IMG/VR virus record: IMGVR_UViG_3300032254_000001
Span: 280,484-344,483 of that record
DNA: 64,000 nt
Direction: 5' to 3' (one strand)
From: a virus
Lineage: Duplodnaviria; Caudoviricetes
The notes beneath the pieces were generated by a model. That model ran no database searches. It saw nothing but the letters and a program-made list of their open reading frames with translations, and was not told the origin of the DNA. The position numbers and the translations under genes are program-made. Each line of letters starts with the position of its first letter. Positions within the stretch are counted from its first letter, which is position 1. Positions 8,934 through 20,900 of the stretch are shown here, piece by piece.

Positions 8934-10373
8934 ATGGCACAAGAAGATTACACAGATGGCTTCGGCCTAGCTAAGAATTTCAAACAAGACCGCGGCGGCG
9001 TTGGTGGATATTCGGGACCGTTTGAGGCTGAAATCATGTCTGTTGTGGACCCTACACATAGTGGAAGACTTGAAGTTTGGATTTCAGCGTTTGGTGATGA
9101 AAACACCAAAGACGAGCCATCGTCATGGACCACAGCACGATACCTTTCTCCGTACTATGGCATAACACAACATAAGATGATCGATGCCCCAGACCCAGAC
9201 TTTGAAGCTAATGCACACTCGTACGGTATGTGGGCGAATGTTCCTGACCCAGGTGGTAAAGTTCTAGTAGTGTTCTCAAACGGTGAACGCGATAAGTGTT
9301 ACTACATAGGATTTATTCCTGAGCCTCAGATGAACCAAATGGTTCCTGCAATTGGTGCAAAGGAAGATGTACATTATAACAATGCAGCACAGTCTGAGAA
9401 GTGTGCTCATGCTGCTCGTAACCCAGTTATCGAAATGGATAAACGAGAAGCGTCAATGAATGATCCTGAGTTTGGTAAAATACCTAAGCCTATTCATTCT
9501 GTTGTTGCTGGACAGATGTGGAAGCAAGGTATTATAATAGACCCATACCGTGGCCCAATTTCATCAAGTGCGCAACGAGAAAGCCCAAGCTATGTATACG
9601 GTGTTAGTACTCCGGGTCGCCCTATATATACTAACGGTATGTTTGATCACGAAGCGGAGTCAAAACTTGCGTCTGGTGAAGAAACAGATACTAGCATTGT
9701 TGGCAGACGCGGCGGACACACATTTGTTATGGACGATGGTGAAACTAACGGCGACAACAATTTAATACGTATTCGTACATCAACTGGTCATCAGATAACA
9801 ATGACAGACGATGGTAAATCTATATACATTGTACATGCTAATGGTAACTCATGGTGGGAGCTAGGCAACGAAGGCACCATCGACATGTATGCTGCAAACA
9901 GTATTAATATGCGAACAGGTGGCGAAATTAATATGCATGCCGACAAGAATATTAATATGAATGCAACAGAAAATATTAATATATACAGCAAGAAAAATAC
10001 TACAGTAGAAGCTGAGGAAGCACTAAATTTAACAGGTAAGAAGAGTCTTACTGCATACAGTAAGTCTAAGCTTGGAGTTAAAGCAGACGGTACATTAACA
10101 GTAGAAGCAGGCGGTTCAGCATCGTGGAAGTCAGCAGGACACACAGAAATTAAAGGTGCCACCATTGGTTTAAACAATGGCGGAGCAGGCTCAGTTACTG
10201 CACCACCAGCGTTACCTCAAGTTAATTTCCCAGACGCAACAAAGAACGACACCGAAGGCTTTAAATTAGTACCAGGTAAGTTTAAGAGTATTGTTACTCG
10301 TGCGCCAACACACGAACCTTGGGACGGTCACAATGCAGGAGTATCGAACGTGAAACCGTTTGATAAATCATAA
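8934..10373 (+). CDS. gp5: Baseplate central spike (gp5/VgrG-like OB fold + beta-helix)
   Basis: DPTHSGRLEVWI...YGMWANVPDPGGKVLVVF; GGHTFVMDDG...IRIRTSTGHQITM; beta-helix repeats; terminal PTHEPWDGH; no lysozyme domain recognised. Confidence 0.8.
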   Translation: MAQEDYTDGFGLAKNFKQDRGGVGGYSGPFEAEIMSVVDPTHSGRLEVWISAFGDENTKDEPSSWTTARYLSPYYGITQHKMIDAPDPDFEANAHSYGMWANVPDPGGKVLVVFSNGERDKCYYIGFIPEPQMNQMVPAIGAKEDVHYNNAAQSEKCAHAARNPVIEMDKREASMNDPEFGKIPKPIHSVVAGQMWKQGIIIDPYRGPISSSAQRESPSYVYGVSTPGRPIYTNGMFDHEAESKLASGEETDTSIVGRRGGHTFVMDDGETNGDNNLIRIRTSTGHQITMTDDGKSIYIVHANGNSWWELGNEGTIDMYAANSINMRTGGEINMHADKNINMNATENINIYSKKNTTVEAEEALNLTGKKSLTAYSKSKLGVKADGTLTVEAGGSASWKSAGHTEIKGATIGLNNGGAGSVTAPPALPQVNFPDATKNDTEGFKLVPGKFKSIVTRAPTHEPWDGHNAGVSNVKPFDKS

Positions 10374-11134
10374 TGACACTGTGTATACAAGATGTAATAA
10401 CAGAAGGCACAAACGCCCCTAGTGTACCAGCTATATCTGGTTTCACACCAGATGAAGTTATAGGAATAATGGCAGTTATCTCAGTTGAAGTTAATCAATC
10501 AGCTGATGAAGTAACTGATGACGGCCTCGGGCTTTACGGAATTGACTTAGCAGACTTGCAAGGTGCAGGTATTGTAAAGAAAGGAATTGCTACTACAGGC
10601 GACCTTGCTACAATTTTAGCTGACTCATCTATATACACAGGTAAGTTTAGTGTTAACGGTATAACTGATATATTAGTTAACTCGGGCTTGCAACGCGATG
10701 TTATTGCAACATCTTTATCTAGTGACTTAGTTGCATTGTTTAGCCAAGGTTTAATACCAGCTGATGCATCGTCTGCAGAACTTGCAGGCATTGCAGGTAC
10801 CGCAGCTGAGTTTGGTTTAGATGATGCTAGGGACTGGTTAAACGGTGATGCATCGGACGATCTAACTGCATTAATGGATGCATCTAGTGCTGACTTTGAA
10901 TATGCAGTTAATCTAGTTAATACCAAAGCATCTGATATATTAGGGCAGGTACAGGGCATTGGCATACCACCAGTTAGCTTACCAGAGCTAAGTATTGGTA
11001 CAATTGATACAGTTGATATCGACGGTGAAGTTGACAAGTTAATAGGTAGCGTTCGTATTCCGTCAGCTGGTGGCATACCTGTACCTGAGATTCCAAATAT
11101 ACCACCAGCACTCAATCCAGAGGATTTAATATAA
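10373..11134 (+). CDS. Baseplate-associated protein, possibly degenerate hydrolase
   Basis: Coupled to gp5 and gp25 by TAATG overlaps; GLGLYG...LQGAGIVKKG...YTGK segment; Pro-rich C-terminus. Confidence 0.4.
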   Translation: MTLCIQDVITEGTNAPSVPAISGFTPDEVIGIMAVISVEVNQSADEVTDDGLGLYGIDLADLQGAGIVKKGIATTGDLATILADSSIYTGKFSVNGITDILVNSGLQRDVIATSLSSDLVALFSQGLIPADASSAELAGIAGTAAEFGLDDARDWLNGDASDDLTALMDASSADFEYAVNLVNTKASDILGQVQGIGIPPVSLPELSIGTIDTVDIDGEVDKLIGSVRIPSAGGIPVPEIPNIPPALNPEDLI

Positions 11135-11508
11135 TGCCAAATTTTAGAGGCTTTAGCACAATTAACAAAGATAAGAAGTTCACACTTACGGACCGTGATC
11201 TTATTAAGCGCGATTTACTTAATGCGTTTGAGCTCAGAGCAGGCTCTGTAGTAGGACGCCCAGAAGTGGGTACTACAATTTGGGATTATATCTTTGACCC
11301 TAACGATACACTTACTGCTAACAGGATAGAAGCTGAAATACGTCGCATTATAGGGCTAGATGAGCGTCTAGAGTTGCATGATGTTGTAGTAACCAACGCG
11401 GTTAATACAATTAGAGCACATGTTTCGGTTAGCATAGCAACTGAGAAAAGCTCAGAAGATTTCTATATAACATTTGTTGAGGCAACCCAAACAGCCACCA
11501 TCTCTTAA
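11134..11508 (+). CDS. gp25: Baseplate wedge subunit gp25-like
   Basis: FRGFST...LIKRDLLNAF...GSVVGRPEVGTTIWDYIFDP...DERLEL. Confidence 0.88.
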   Translation: MPNFRGFSTINKDKKFTLTDRDLIKRDLLNAFELRAGSVVGRPEVGTTIWDYIFDPNDTLTANRIEAEIRRIIGLDERLELHDVVVTNAVNTIRAHVSVSIATEKSSEDFYITFVEATQTATIS

Positions 11509-11529
11509 AGTACGCCGTTAATACTTCTC

Positions 11530-11537
11530 CATAAATA
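11530..11537 (+). promoter_or_regulatory. Late promoter motif CATAAATA
   Basis: In short intergenic gap before gp6. Confidence 0.65.
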
Positions 11538-11561
11538 CAGGAACATTAAGAGAATTATAAC

Positions 11562-14500
11562 ATGGCAAAGACCTCTAGACAAACAGCAATATTCGGAACA
11601 GAAGACTGGAAGCGTATTTACAAAACATACGAAGAAGCAGACCTTCAGAGTTATAACTTTGAAACAATTCGTAAGACATTTGTAGATTACTTAAGACAGC
11701 ATCATCCGGAAACGTTTAACGACTTTACTGAAAACTCAGAATACATCGCATTGCTTAATGTAATGTCATTTATGGGGCAATCACTAGCATTCCGTAGTGA
11801 TTTAAACACACGTGAAAACTTCCTTGATACTGCTGAACGTACTGATAGCGTTAATAACCTAGCTAAGTTAGTTGGATATACTCCAAAGCGTAACGAAGCA
11901 GCTCGTGGTTACTTAAAGGTACTAGCGGCAGCAACAACAGAAAACATCACTGATTATAATAAAAACAATCTTAGTAACATTGCAGTACGCTGGAATGACA
12001 AAACAAATGATGACTGGCAAGAACAGCTTACTACTGTTTTAAATGCAGCACTAGTAGATAGTCAGAAGATTGGTCAGCCAGGACACAAAGCTAATTTAAT
12101 TGGCATTGAAACGTCTGAATACGAAATTAATATGGAATCTGGCTTCTTGCCAGTAGTACCGTTCTCTGCAACTGTTAACGGCAGTGTAATGGATTTTGAA
12201 ATCATTAACGGTACATCAATTGGTAAGTCTAATATATACGAACCAGCACCAAGTGCTAACGGTCAGCTTAACTTACTATACAGAAACGATAACCAAGGCT
12301 TTGCTAGCACAAACACTGGATACTTTTTCTACTTTAAGCAAGGTACATTAAAAACACAAGATTTCACTTTAAGTGAACGCATTGCTAACAGATCAATTGA
12401 CATTGATGTGCCAGGCGTTAACGATAATGATATTTGGTTATACAAAACAAATACAACTAATACATCAGGCACTGAAGAGTGGACAGAAGTTGATAACATA
12501 TATGCTACAAACAATACACAGCTAGACGTTGAAGATAGAAAATTCTTCAGTGTAACAAGCAGAGTAGACGATCAGATTACATTTAACTTCGGCGATGGCG
12601 TGTTTAGTGAAATCCCAACTGGCGATTACCGTGCATATGTACGTGAAAGCAACGGCCAGGAATACATTGTAAATCCTGAAGAGATTCAAAACATTGATGT
12701 TAACGTAAGTTATATTAGCAAAACAGGTCGTAACGAAACACTTACTCTTACAATTGGATTAACACAACCAGTTTCAAATGCTAAGGCACGTGAAGAACTT
12801 GATGATATCAAGCGAAGAGCACCAGCACGTTTTTACACACAAAACAGAATGGTTAACGGTGAAGATTACAATAATTTCCCTTACACTTCTTACAGCAGCA
12901 TTACAAAAAGTAAAGCTATTAACAGAACAAACATTGGCGCAAGTCGCTACTTAGATCTTGTTGACCCAACTGGCAAATATAGTAGCATTAATGCATATGC
13001 TAGCGATGGTTTAATTTATAAAGACTCTAGCTTAACATCATTCAACTTTACATTCAATGACAGAAATGACATTGACTCAGTATTTAGAAATCAGCTTGAG
13101 CCATTACTAGGTGAGCGCGGCACAATTCAGTTCTATTACGAGAACTTTACTCGTGTTGACATGTCACCAATTGACTTACTATGGAATCAAAATACAACTA
13201 TAACAAACGAGACGTCTGGTTACTTTAAAGACTCTGCGTTACCAGTGGGCAATGCACAACCAATCGGTCCGTATGTTAGCGATAATAAGCAGTACCTATT
13301 ACCACATTCATTGGTTAAATTTGTTGCACCAACAGGCTTGCACTTCAATGAAAACAATAGATTAATTGCAGGCACAGAGTTAAGTGCAGGCGACAAGACT
13401 GAAATATGGACTACTATAACAAGTGTTGAGAACGAAGGTACAGCTGGTGGCGAAATTGCAGCATTACCAGCTACCACTGTTGGTCCAGTTAAATTAAATA
13501 ATTTTGTACCAACTGGTGCAGAACCAGCTGAAGTTATACCACTATTTAATTCAGACTTGCCAGTAGCAATCGAGCAGGAAATGCTAGCACAGGTAGAATT
13601 ACTACGTGCATTTGGCATTGGCTTTGATCACTTAACTAATAGCTGGTACATTATCAGTGCTGATAACTTAAACGCAGACGGTGAGTTTAGTCTACTAAAC
13701 GCAGGCTCAACTTCTAACACGAATGCAGATGCTAGCTGGATGGTTAAGTTTATACCAACACCAGAAGGATACACAGTGTCTTCAAGAACATTACACTATT
13801 TCTTCTCAAGCATATTAGAAACAAGATTCTTTTATGATAACAGTCGCAGAATATTTGATCCTAGAACAGGACAGATAGTTAATGATTTTATTAGAGTATT
13901 AAAAACAAACAGCAAACCAGACGGTACAAATCAGCCATTGTCGGGCGATGTGTTTATGGATATCATCGACCAAAGTGTTGAACCAGACGGTTATGTAAAT
14001 GACTACAATGTAGAAGTTAGTTTTACTGACTTTGATAACGATGGCATTGCTGATGATCCAGATTACTTTAAGTTACTAGTTGATGAGACAGGCGAGAATC
14101 TAAACAAAAATGTTTACTTCCAGTCAACGGTTGACTTTGACAACTTAGAAAGATTTTTACCAGTATCGTCTAGCTTAATTAACGACGAATACGATACAGA
14201 AGGTGCTATTGCATTAGTTAAAACAGAGTACAGCGCAGGGCAGATATTTTATGCAACTACCGACGCTAAATTCTTTGAATTAATAGTTGATGGCGATACT
14301 TCTAGAGAGCTAGAAGAACGATTTGACTTTAGTGCAAAACTAGGACGTGGCGATTTACACTTCCAGTACAGACATAACAGTCCAGAAACTAGACGCATTA
14401 ATCCAAGTGTAACAAACATCATTGATGTTTATGTTGTTACATCAGATTACTACGAATCGTACATAAGATACATACAGGACGTAACTGGATCAGTAACTGA

Positions 14501-14975
14501 ACCAGCGATTCCAACAACAGACGAGTTATCAGTACAGTACGAAGAGTTACAGGATAGCAAAATGATTAGTGATAACATGGTACTAAACAGTGTTAGCTTT
14601 AAGCCATTATTTGGAGCTAAAGCAGATGCGAAATTGCAAGCATACATTAAGGTAGTTAAACTTAGTAATTCAAATACAAGTGATAGTGAAATTAAGAGTA
14701 AAGTAATATCATCTATTAATAACTATTTTGATATTGGCAATTGGGACTTCGGAGATACATTTTATTTCTCAGAAATGGCAGCGTACATACATTCAGAATT
14801 AGGTAGCATTTTGGGATCGGTTGTTATTACACCGAAAGACCCATCAATGGCGTTTGGTGATTTATACGAAATTAAGTCAGCACCGTACGAGATCTTTACT
14901 AGTGCGGCAACGGTTGATGATGTAAATATAATTGATGCATTAACAGCAAGCAACTTACAGAACAGGGCAGGTTAA
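11562..14975 (+). CDS. gp6: Baseplate wedge subunit gp6-like (1137 aa)
   Basis: DFTENSEYIALL...ENFLDTAERTDSVNNLAKLVGYTPKR...FGDGVFSEIP...IKRRAPARFYTQNRMVNGEDY...WDFGDTFYFSE. Confidence 0.85.
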   Translation: MAKTSRQTAIFGTEDWKRIYKTYEEADLQSYNFETIRKTFVDYLRQHHPETFNDFTENSEYIALLNVMSFMGQSLAFRSDLNTRENFLDTAERTDSVNNLAKLVGYTPKRNEAARGYLKVLAAATTENITDYNKNNLSNIAVRWNDKTNDDWQEQLTTVLNAALVDSQKIGQPGHKANLIGIETSEYEINMESGFLPVVPFSATVNGSVMDFEIINGTSIGKSNIYEPAPSANGQLNLLYRNDNQGFASTNTGYFFYFKQGTLKTQDFTLSERIANRSIDIDVPGVNDNDIWLYKTNTTNTSGTEEWTEVDNIYATNNTQLDVEDRKFFSVTSRVDDQITFNFGDGVFSEIPTGDYRAYVRESNGQEYIVNPEEIQNIDVNVSYISKTGRNETLTLTIGLTQPVSNAKAREELDDIKRRAPARFYTQNRMVNGEDYNNFPYTSYSSITKSKAINRTNIGASRYLDLVDPTGKYSSINAYASDGLIYKDSSLTSFNFTFNDRNDIDSVFRNQLEPLLGERGTIQFYYENFTRVDMSPIDLLWNQNTTITNETSGYFKDSALPVGNAQPIGPYVSDNKQYLLPHSLVKFVAPTGLHFNENNRLIAGTELSAGDKTEIWTTITSVENEGTAGGEIAALPATTVGPVKLNNFVPTGAEPAEVIPLFNSDLPVAIEQEMLAQVELLRAFGIGFDHLTNSWYIISADNLNADGEFSLLNAGSTSNTNADASWMVKFIPTPEGYTVSSRTLHYFFSSILETRFFYDNSRRIFDPRTGQIVNDFIRVLKTNSKPDGTNQPLSGDVFMDIIDQSVEPDGYVNDYNVEVSFTDFDNDGIADDPDYFKLLVDETGENLNKNVYFQSTVDFDNLERFLPVSSSLINDEYDTEGAIALVKTEYSAGQIFYATTDAKFFELIVDGDTSRELEERFDFSAKLGRGDLHFQYRHNSPETRRINPSVTNIIDVYVVTSDYYESYIRYIQDVTGSVTEPAIPTTDELSVQYEELQDSKMISDNMVLNSVSFKPLFGAKADAKLQAYIKVVKLSNSNTSDSEIKSKVISSINNYFDIGNWDFGDTFYFSEMAAYIHSELGSILGSVVITPKDPSMAFGDLYEIKSAPYEIFTSAATVDDVNIIDALTASNLQNRAG

Positions 14976-14978
14976 CAG

Positions 14979-17900
14979 ATGGCACGAATTCGTAGTATAG
15001 ATTTTCTACCAGAGATTTTTCAAACTCCAACCAACGAAAAGTTTTTAAACTCGACACTTGATCAATTAATTCAAGAACCGAAGTTAAAGCAAACACAAGG
15101 TTATATCGGTGCTAGAACAGCACCCGGTAAGTTAGAGACTGACGGTTATATAACAGAGATAACTGATAGAAGATCAAATTATCAACTTGAGCCAGGCGTT
15201 ATTTTCAAAGATGAAAACGGTGGCACAGTTGATGCATTAACGTACATGGGTCTACTAGACGGACTTGACACTTCAGGTTCGAACGTAGAAAATCACGATC
15301 GTCTATTCAAATCAGAGACATACAGTTGGTCTCCATTTATTGAGTTTGATAAGTTTGTAAACTACAGCCAGTACTTTTGGTTACCTTCTGGACCAGACAG
15401 CGTTGACGTTGCCGCGTCTAGTGTTTTATTAACAAACGACTTTGATATAACTGCAAACGACGAAACATATTCAATTGATGGATTTACCATCGAGAACCCT
15501 GTAATTACAGTGTTACGTGGTGGTGCATATGATTTTAATGTTAACCAGAATGGTAGTCCATTTTATATCCAAACACATCCGGGCACTGATGGTACAGTGC
15601 CGTGGGCAGACAATATAAGCAGTCGTGAAATTATCGGCGTTACAAATAATGGCGACGATAACGGTACAATTACATTTAATGTGCCACAAAGCGATGCGCA
15701 GAGCTTCTACTATAATTTACCAGATATTGGTAATGTTGATTTAGCAACAACCGTCCGAATGGATTCAATTGCTGACCAGTTACTAAGTGACGTGGTCACT
15801 GTGTCTGGTATACAAAGTATCGATAATATGACTATTGTTTTCTTAGACGATACACCAGGTGATGCAGTTGACCTAGGTTGGGTTAACGGTGGCGTGCCTT
15901 TAACAGCACAAGAAGACAGATACCAAATATTTAGAATTTTCCTTGAAGATGTGCTTGGTGAGATATACATTAGATTAATTCCAATACAGCCAATTACTAT
16001 TTTTGAGAAGTTCACTATACTATACGGTGCAGATTACAGTAACATAAGTTTCTTTAAAGACTCAGATGGTTACTTTGATCAAGTACCACTAGATACAGCT
16101 TCACTTGATACTTTATATTACCAAGACGCTGTTAACCCAGATCGTTTTGGCATCATTAACGTAGTTGATCAGGAATCATCTGCAACACTAGATGTCGATG
16201 CTATACTTGGAAGAACAGATTACACAAGTCCAAACGGTGTAATATTTACTAACGGACTTAAAGTAAAGTTCCGTGGCGAAGTATCACCTGCAGAGTACTC
16301 AGACGAAGAGTACTATGTTGAAGGTGTTGGTACATCAATACGCCTTGTATTAACATCGGACTTACAAGTTCCTGAAACGTATGCTAAGAGTTTCACATCA
16401 CCGTGGGATATCTCAGGATGGGATACAGAAGGACTAGACGGAACATTAAATGCTCCACTTGACTTAGATTACATTACTATTAACAGATCTAGCTTAGATA
16501 AAAATGCTTGGTCTAGAAGTAACAGATGGTTCCACCTTGACGTTATTAAAGCGACAGCTGAATATAACAACACGGTAGTGAACGTTGATAACAATAATAG
16601 AGCTACACGCCCAATTATTGAATTTGATGCAGACTTACGTTTATTCAACTACGGTACAAACGGTAAGCAACTTGTTAACATCATTGACTTTGTTATAACT
16701 GACGCATTATCAACTATTAATGGTTCGTTAGGTTACACGGTTGACGGATACAAATTGTCAGAAGGCAGTCGTGTTATATTTGCTAACGACGCAGATCCAT
16801 CTATTAGAGATAAAATTTTCGTAGTTGAATTAATTGATCCAACTAACTCAGGAACCGACACACTGAACCTTGTTGAGGCAGCTGATGCAGACAGTGAAGA
16901 AAATGACATTGTTATAGTAGCTACAGGTATTGAACAGCAGGGTAAGGTATTCACGTACGATGGCACATCATGGGTTGAATCACAAGCTAAGACATCAGTT
17001 AATCAGCCTCCATTATTTGATATATTTGATCGCGATGGATATTCACTAAGTGAATTTACTGCTTACCCAAGTACTACATTTACAGGATCTAAGTTATTCA
17101 GTTATAGTGAAGGAACAGGGTCAAGTGACCCAGTACTTGGATTCCCATTAAGCTATTTGAATATTGATAACTTAGGTGACATTGTTTTTGAGAATAACAT
17201 GTACACTGATACCTTCTTATATGTAGAAGATAATGTATCTAACGAAAACAGTCCAATAAGCGAAGGCTTTGCTAGGAAGTACAACACTCGTACTGAATAC
17301 ACAAATGAAATTGGCTGGGTAACATCAATAGAAAACTCACGCCAGGCACAAGTTATTGAAATGGCATATGCAGGCGAGCCAATTGAATTAGACATTCTTC
17401 CAGAATCTGATTTATTAATCCCAGCGGTTAGGATCACAGCTGATGGTACCTTTATTACGCCAGGTGAATACACTGTAGTAGATAACATCATTACATTTAT
17501 TAGTGATATTGCAGACGGTGCAGCATTAGAAATTAAAGTAATTAGTAACGAGATTAGTGCTAGTGGCTATTACGAAGTGCCAACTAACTTGTCAAGCAAC
17601 ATGTTCAATAAAAACACATCGTTATTAACACTTGGTACGATTCGTAACCACTATAATAACTTGTCGCAAAATGTACTAGACATAACAGGTGACATCAATG
17701 GCGCGAATAACTTACGTGACTTAGGCGACATAAGCAAGTACGGTAATCTTATTGTACAGCAGTCATCACCGCTTGCACTTGCAGCGATGTTCATGCGTAA
17801 CAAAGAGTATAACTTCTTTGGTTCAGTTAAGTTTGCATCACGCCAGTACGATAAATTCAAAAGCCAATTAATTGACTGGGTTGAAAAGCATGATGTATAT

Positions 17901-20900
17901 GATCTTACAGTAAGTGAGATACTCGATGCAGCATTTAAAGACATAAACACAGGCAAGAATTTTGAAAGTGCGTTTTATTGGTCAGACATGTTACCTACAG
18001 GGTCAGATTACGAGACTACTGAGTACACGGTAACAGCAATTAGCACAAATACATTTGCAACGCTTAAGTCATACGACTTCTTAAATGCTAACACTCTAGC
18101 ATTATTAGTATACCACAATGGCACGTTGTTAATAAAAGACACAGACTACACAGTAGCAACAGACGGTGCGCGTATTGAAATATTAATCGACACTGACGTA
18201 GATGATGTTATAACCATAAACGAATACAATACAACACTTGGATCAAATGTACCAAGTACACCGACTAAGTTAGGATTGTATCCAAAATATAAACCAACTA
18301 TTTTTACTGACAATACTTACGTTAACCCAATTGATGTTATCCGCGGCCACGATGGTAGCATTACTACATCATTTGGTAAAAACAGCGAAGGCGGAAACGA
18401 TATTCGCGATTTAGTATTACTTGAGTTTGAAAAACGTGTTTATAATAACATCAAAGTAAATGATATTATACCAATTGAACCTTCGGACATTCTTCCGGGT
18501 GCATTCCGTGACACGGATTATGAAGGCTCTGAAGTAATAGACGTACTTTCACCGAGCTTATTATCGTGGTTAGGATGGAATCGAATTGATTTCAAAACAC
18601 AAGACTATAATAAAGCAGAAGAAAAGACATGGAACTACAGTTCAAGTACTTCTAAGATAGATGGCGCACAGATTACACAAGGTAACTGGCGTGGTATTTA
18701 CACGTACTTCTATGACACAGATGCTCCACATGAACGTCCATGGGAAATGGTTGGATTAACTGAGCGCCCGGATTGGTGGGAGCAACGTTATGGACCAGCA
18801 CCGTACACAAGTGGTAACTTAGTACTTTGGGACGACATGGAAGCCGGCTTAATTAACGAGCCAGGCAATGAACGTGCAATTGACAAATATAAGCGTCCGG
18901 GTCTTACATCAATATTACCTGTAAACAGTGAAGGCATTTTAGTTATGCCACTTGAATCTGTTATAGCAGGTTACTCAGCGTATGACTTTAAGAAGACATG
19001 GAAGATTGGCGACATCGCTCCTGCTGAAGCAGCTTGGAGGAAGTCAAGTGCGTATCCGTTTGCAATGCAGACACTTTATGCATTAACTAAGCCAGCTCAG
19101 TACTTTGCATTAATGGCAGATAGAGACCGTTATGTTTACGATACAGATTTTGAGCAATACTTATACGACAGCCGTCACAGACTTGATGCACATAACATTG
19201 AAATACTAGACGAGAATTTAGTTAAGCATAGCTACATAAACTGGATAATCGATTATAACAAGTACTTCGGTTACGAAAGCTTAGGCAAATTAAAAACAGA
19301 TTTATCAAATCTTGATGTAAATCTATGTCACCATATGGCATCGTTTACTGATAAGAATAACTTAAAGATATTCACAGACAAGAGCAGCCCAGATAGCACA
19401 AATAATAGTCTATTGCTGCCAGATGAGAGCTTTAACTTATTACTATATAAGAATCAGCCTGCAGAAGAAATTACATATTCGTCAATCATTGTACAAAAGG
19501 TTGATACTGGATACTCTGTAATTGGTAACAGTTTCACAGATCCGTACTTTAAGATACAAGCATCAATTGACACCGGACGATTTGACACAATTAAAGTTGG
19601 TAGAACTGAAACAACTTCAACAACCGTGCGTGTTCCATTGGACTTTAGAGATGAAGTGCAATACATTCCGTACGGTCACATATACACTAGCAAGCAGGCA
19701 GTAGCTGAGTTCATTGCAAGCTACAATCAATACCTAGTACGCTCTGGATTGAAGTTTGATACATATGAAAATACTCAACCAGTTGATTGGACACAGATGG
19801 TACAGGAATTTGTATACTGGTCTGACCAAGGATGGGATGTTAATAGTATTATTAACCTTAACCCGGCAGCATCAACGTTAGAGTTTGAACGTGAACTGCA
19901 TATTGTTGACGACTTAAACAATTTAGAATTAACAGAGCAACCGCTTAATCAAAACAGAGAGCCACTTGACATTAGTGACTATGCCGTTGATCGTATTGAC
20001 AATAACTTTAAGATAAGAATGCTTGATGACAATGTTATTAGCTACTTGAAATTCAACTTAACTAGCTTCGAACACTTGTTAGTACTAGATAACACTAGTA
20101 TCTTTAATGATTTAATCTATGATCCAGTAACTGGTGTTAGACAGCATCGTGTTAAACTATTTGGTTTCACAACTTACGAGTGGAACGGACAATTAGATGC
20201 ACAAGGCTTCTTATACAATGAAGATAATGTTACGGAATGGGTTACAACTGGTTCATATAACAAAGGCAACATTGTTAAGTTTAAGAATTCATACTGGAGC
20301 GCATCTGAGAAGGTACAGCCATCAGAAACGTTTGACTTTAGTCAATGGATAAAGACTGATTACAATAGCATTAACAAAGGTTTACTGCCTAACATAGCTA
20401 CAAAGGCAGACCAACAGTTACAATACTACAATAATAAGACAGCTAACTTAGAAACTGATATCGACTTATTCGCTTATGGCTTAACAGGTTTCCGTTCACG
20501 TGATTACTTACAATCACTAGACTTAGACGACATTAGCCAAGTAAACATATACAGCGACATGATCGAGAATAAGGGAACGTCTAAGAGCCTGAACTTATTT
20601 AAAGATGTTGAATTAAACAACGAAGCAGTTGATTACACTATTTTTGAAAACTGGGCTATTAAACGTGCTCAGTACGGTGCTACTAGTAGCCGCTCATTCA
20701 TAGAATTAAAACTAGACCAGGATGAGCTTACATCAAGCCCAGGTCTAATAGAGATTGTTGACTCAGTAGCTGATGAATCAGTAGCTGATTTATTAATTCC
20801 AGTATCGCAAATCTTTAAGCAAAGCGAGAAGAACACAGACAAAAACATATTGCCTGTAGTAGTTCAGAAGAATACTGATACTTCATTGCCATCTGCAGGC

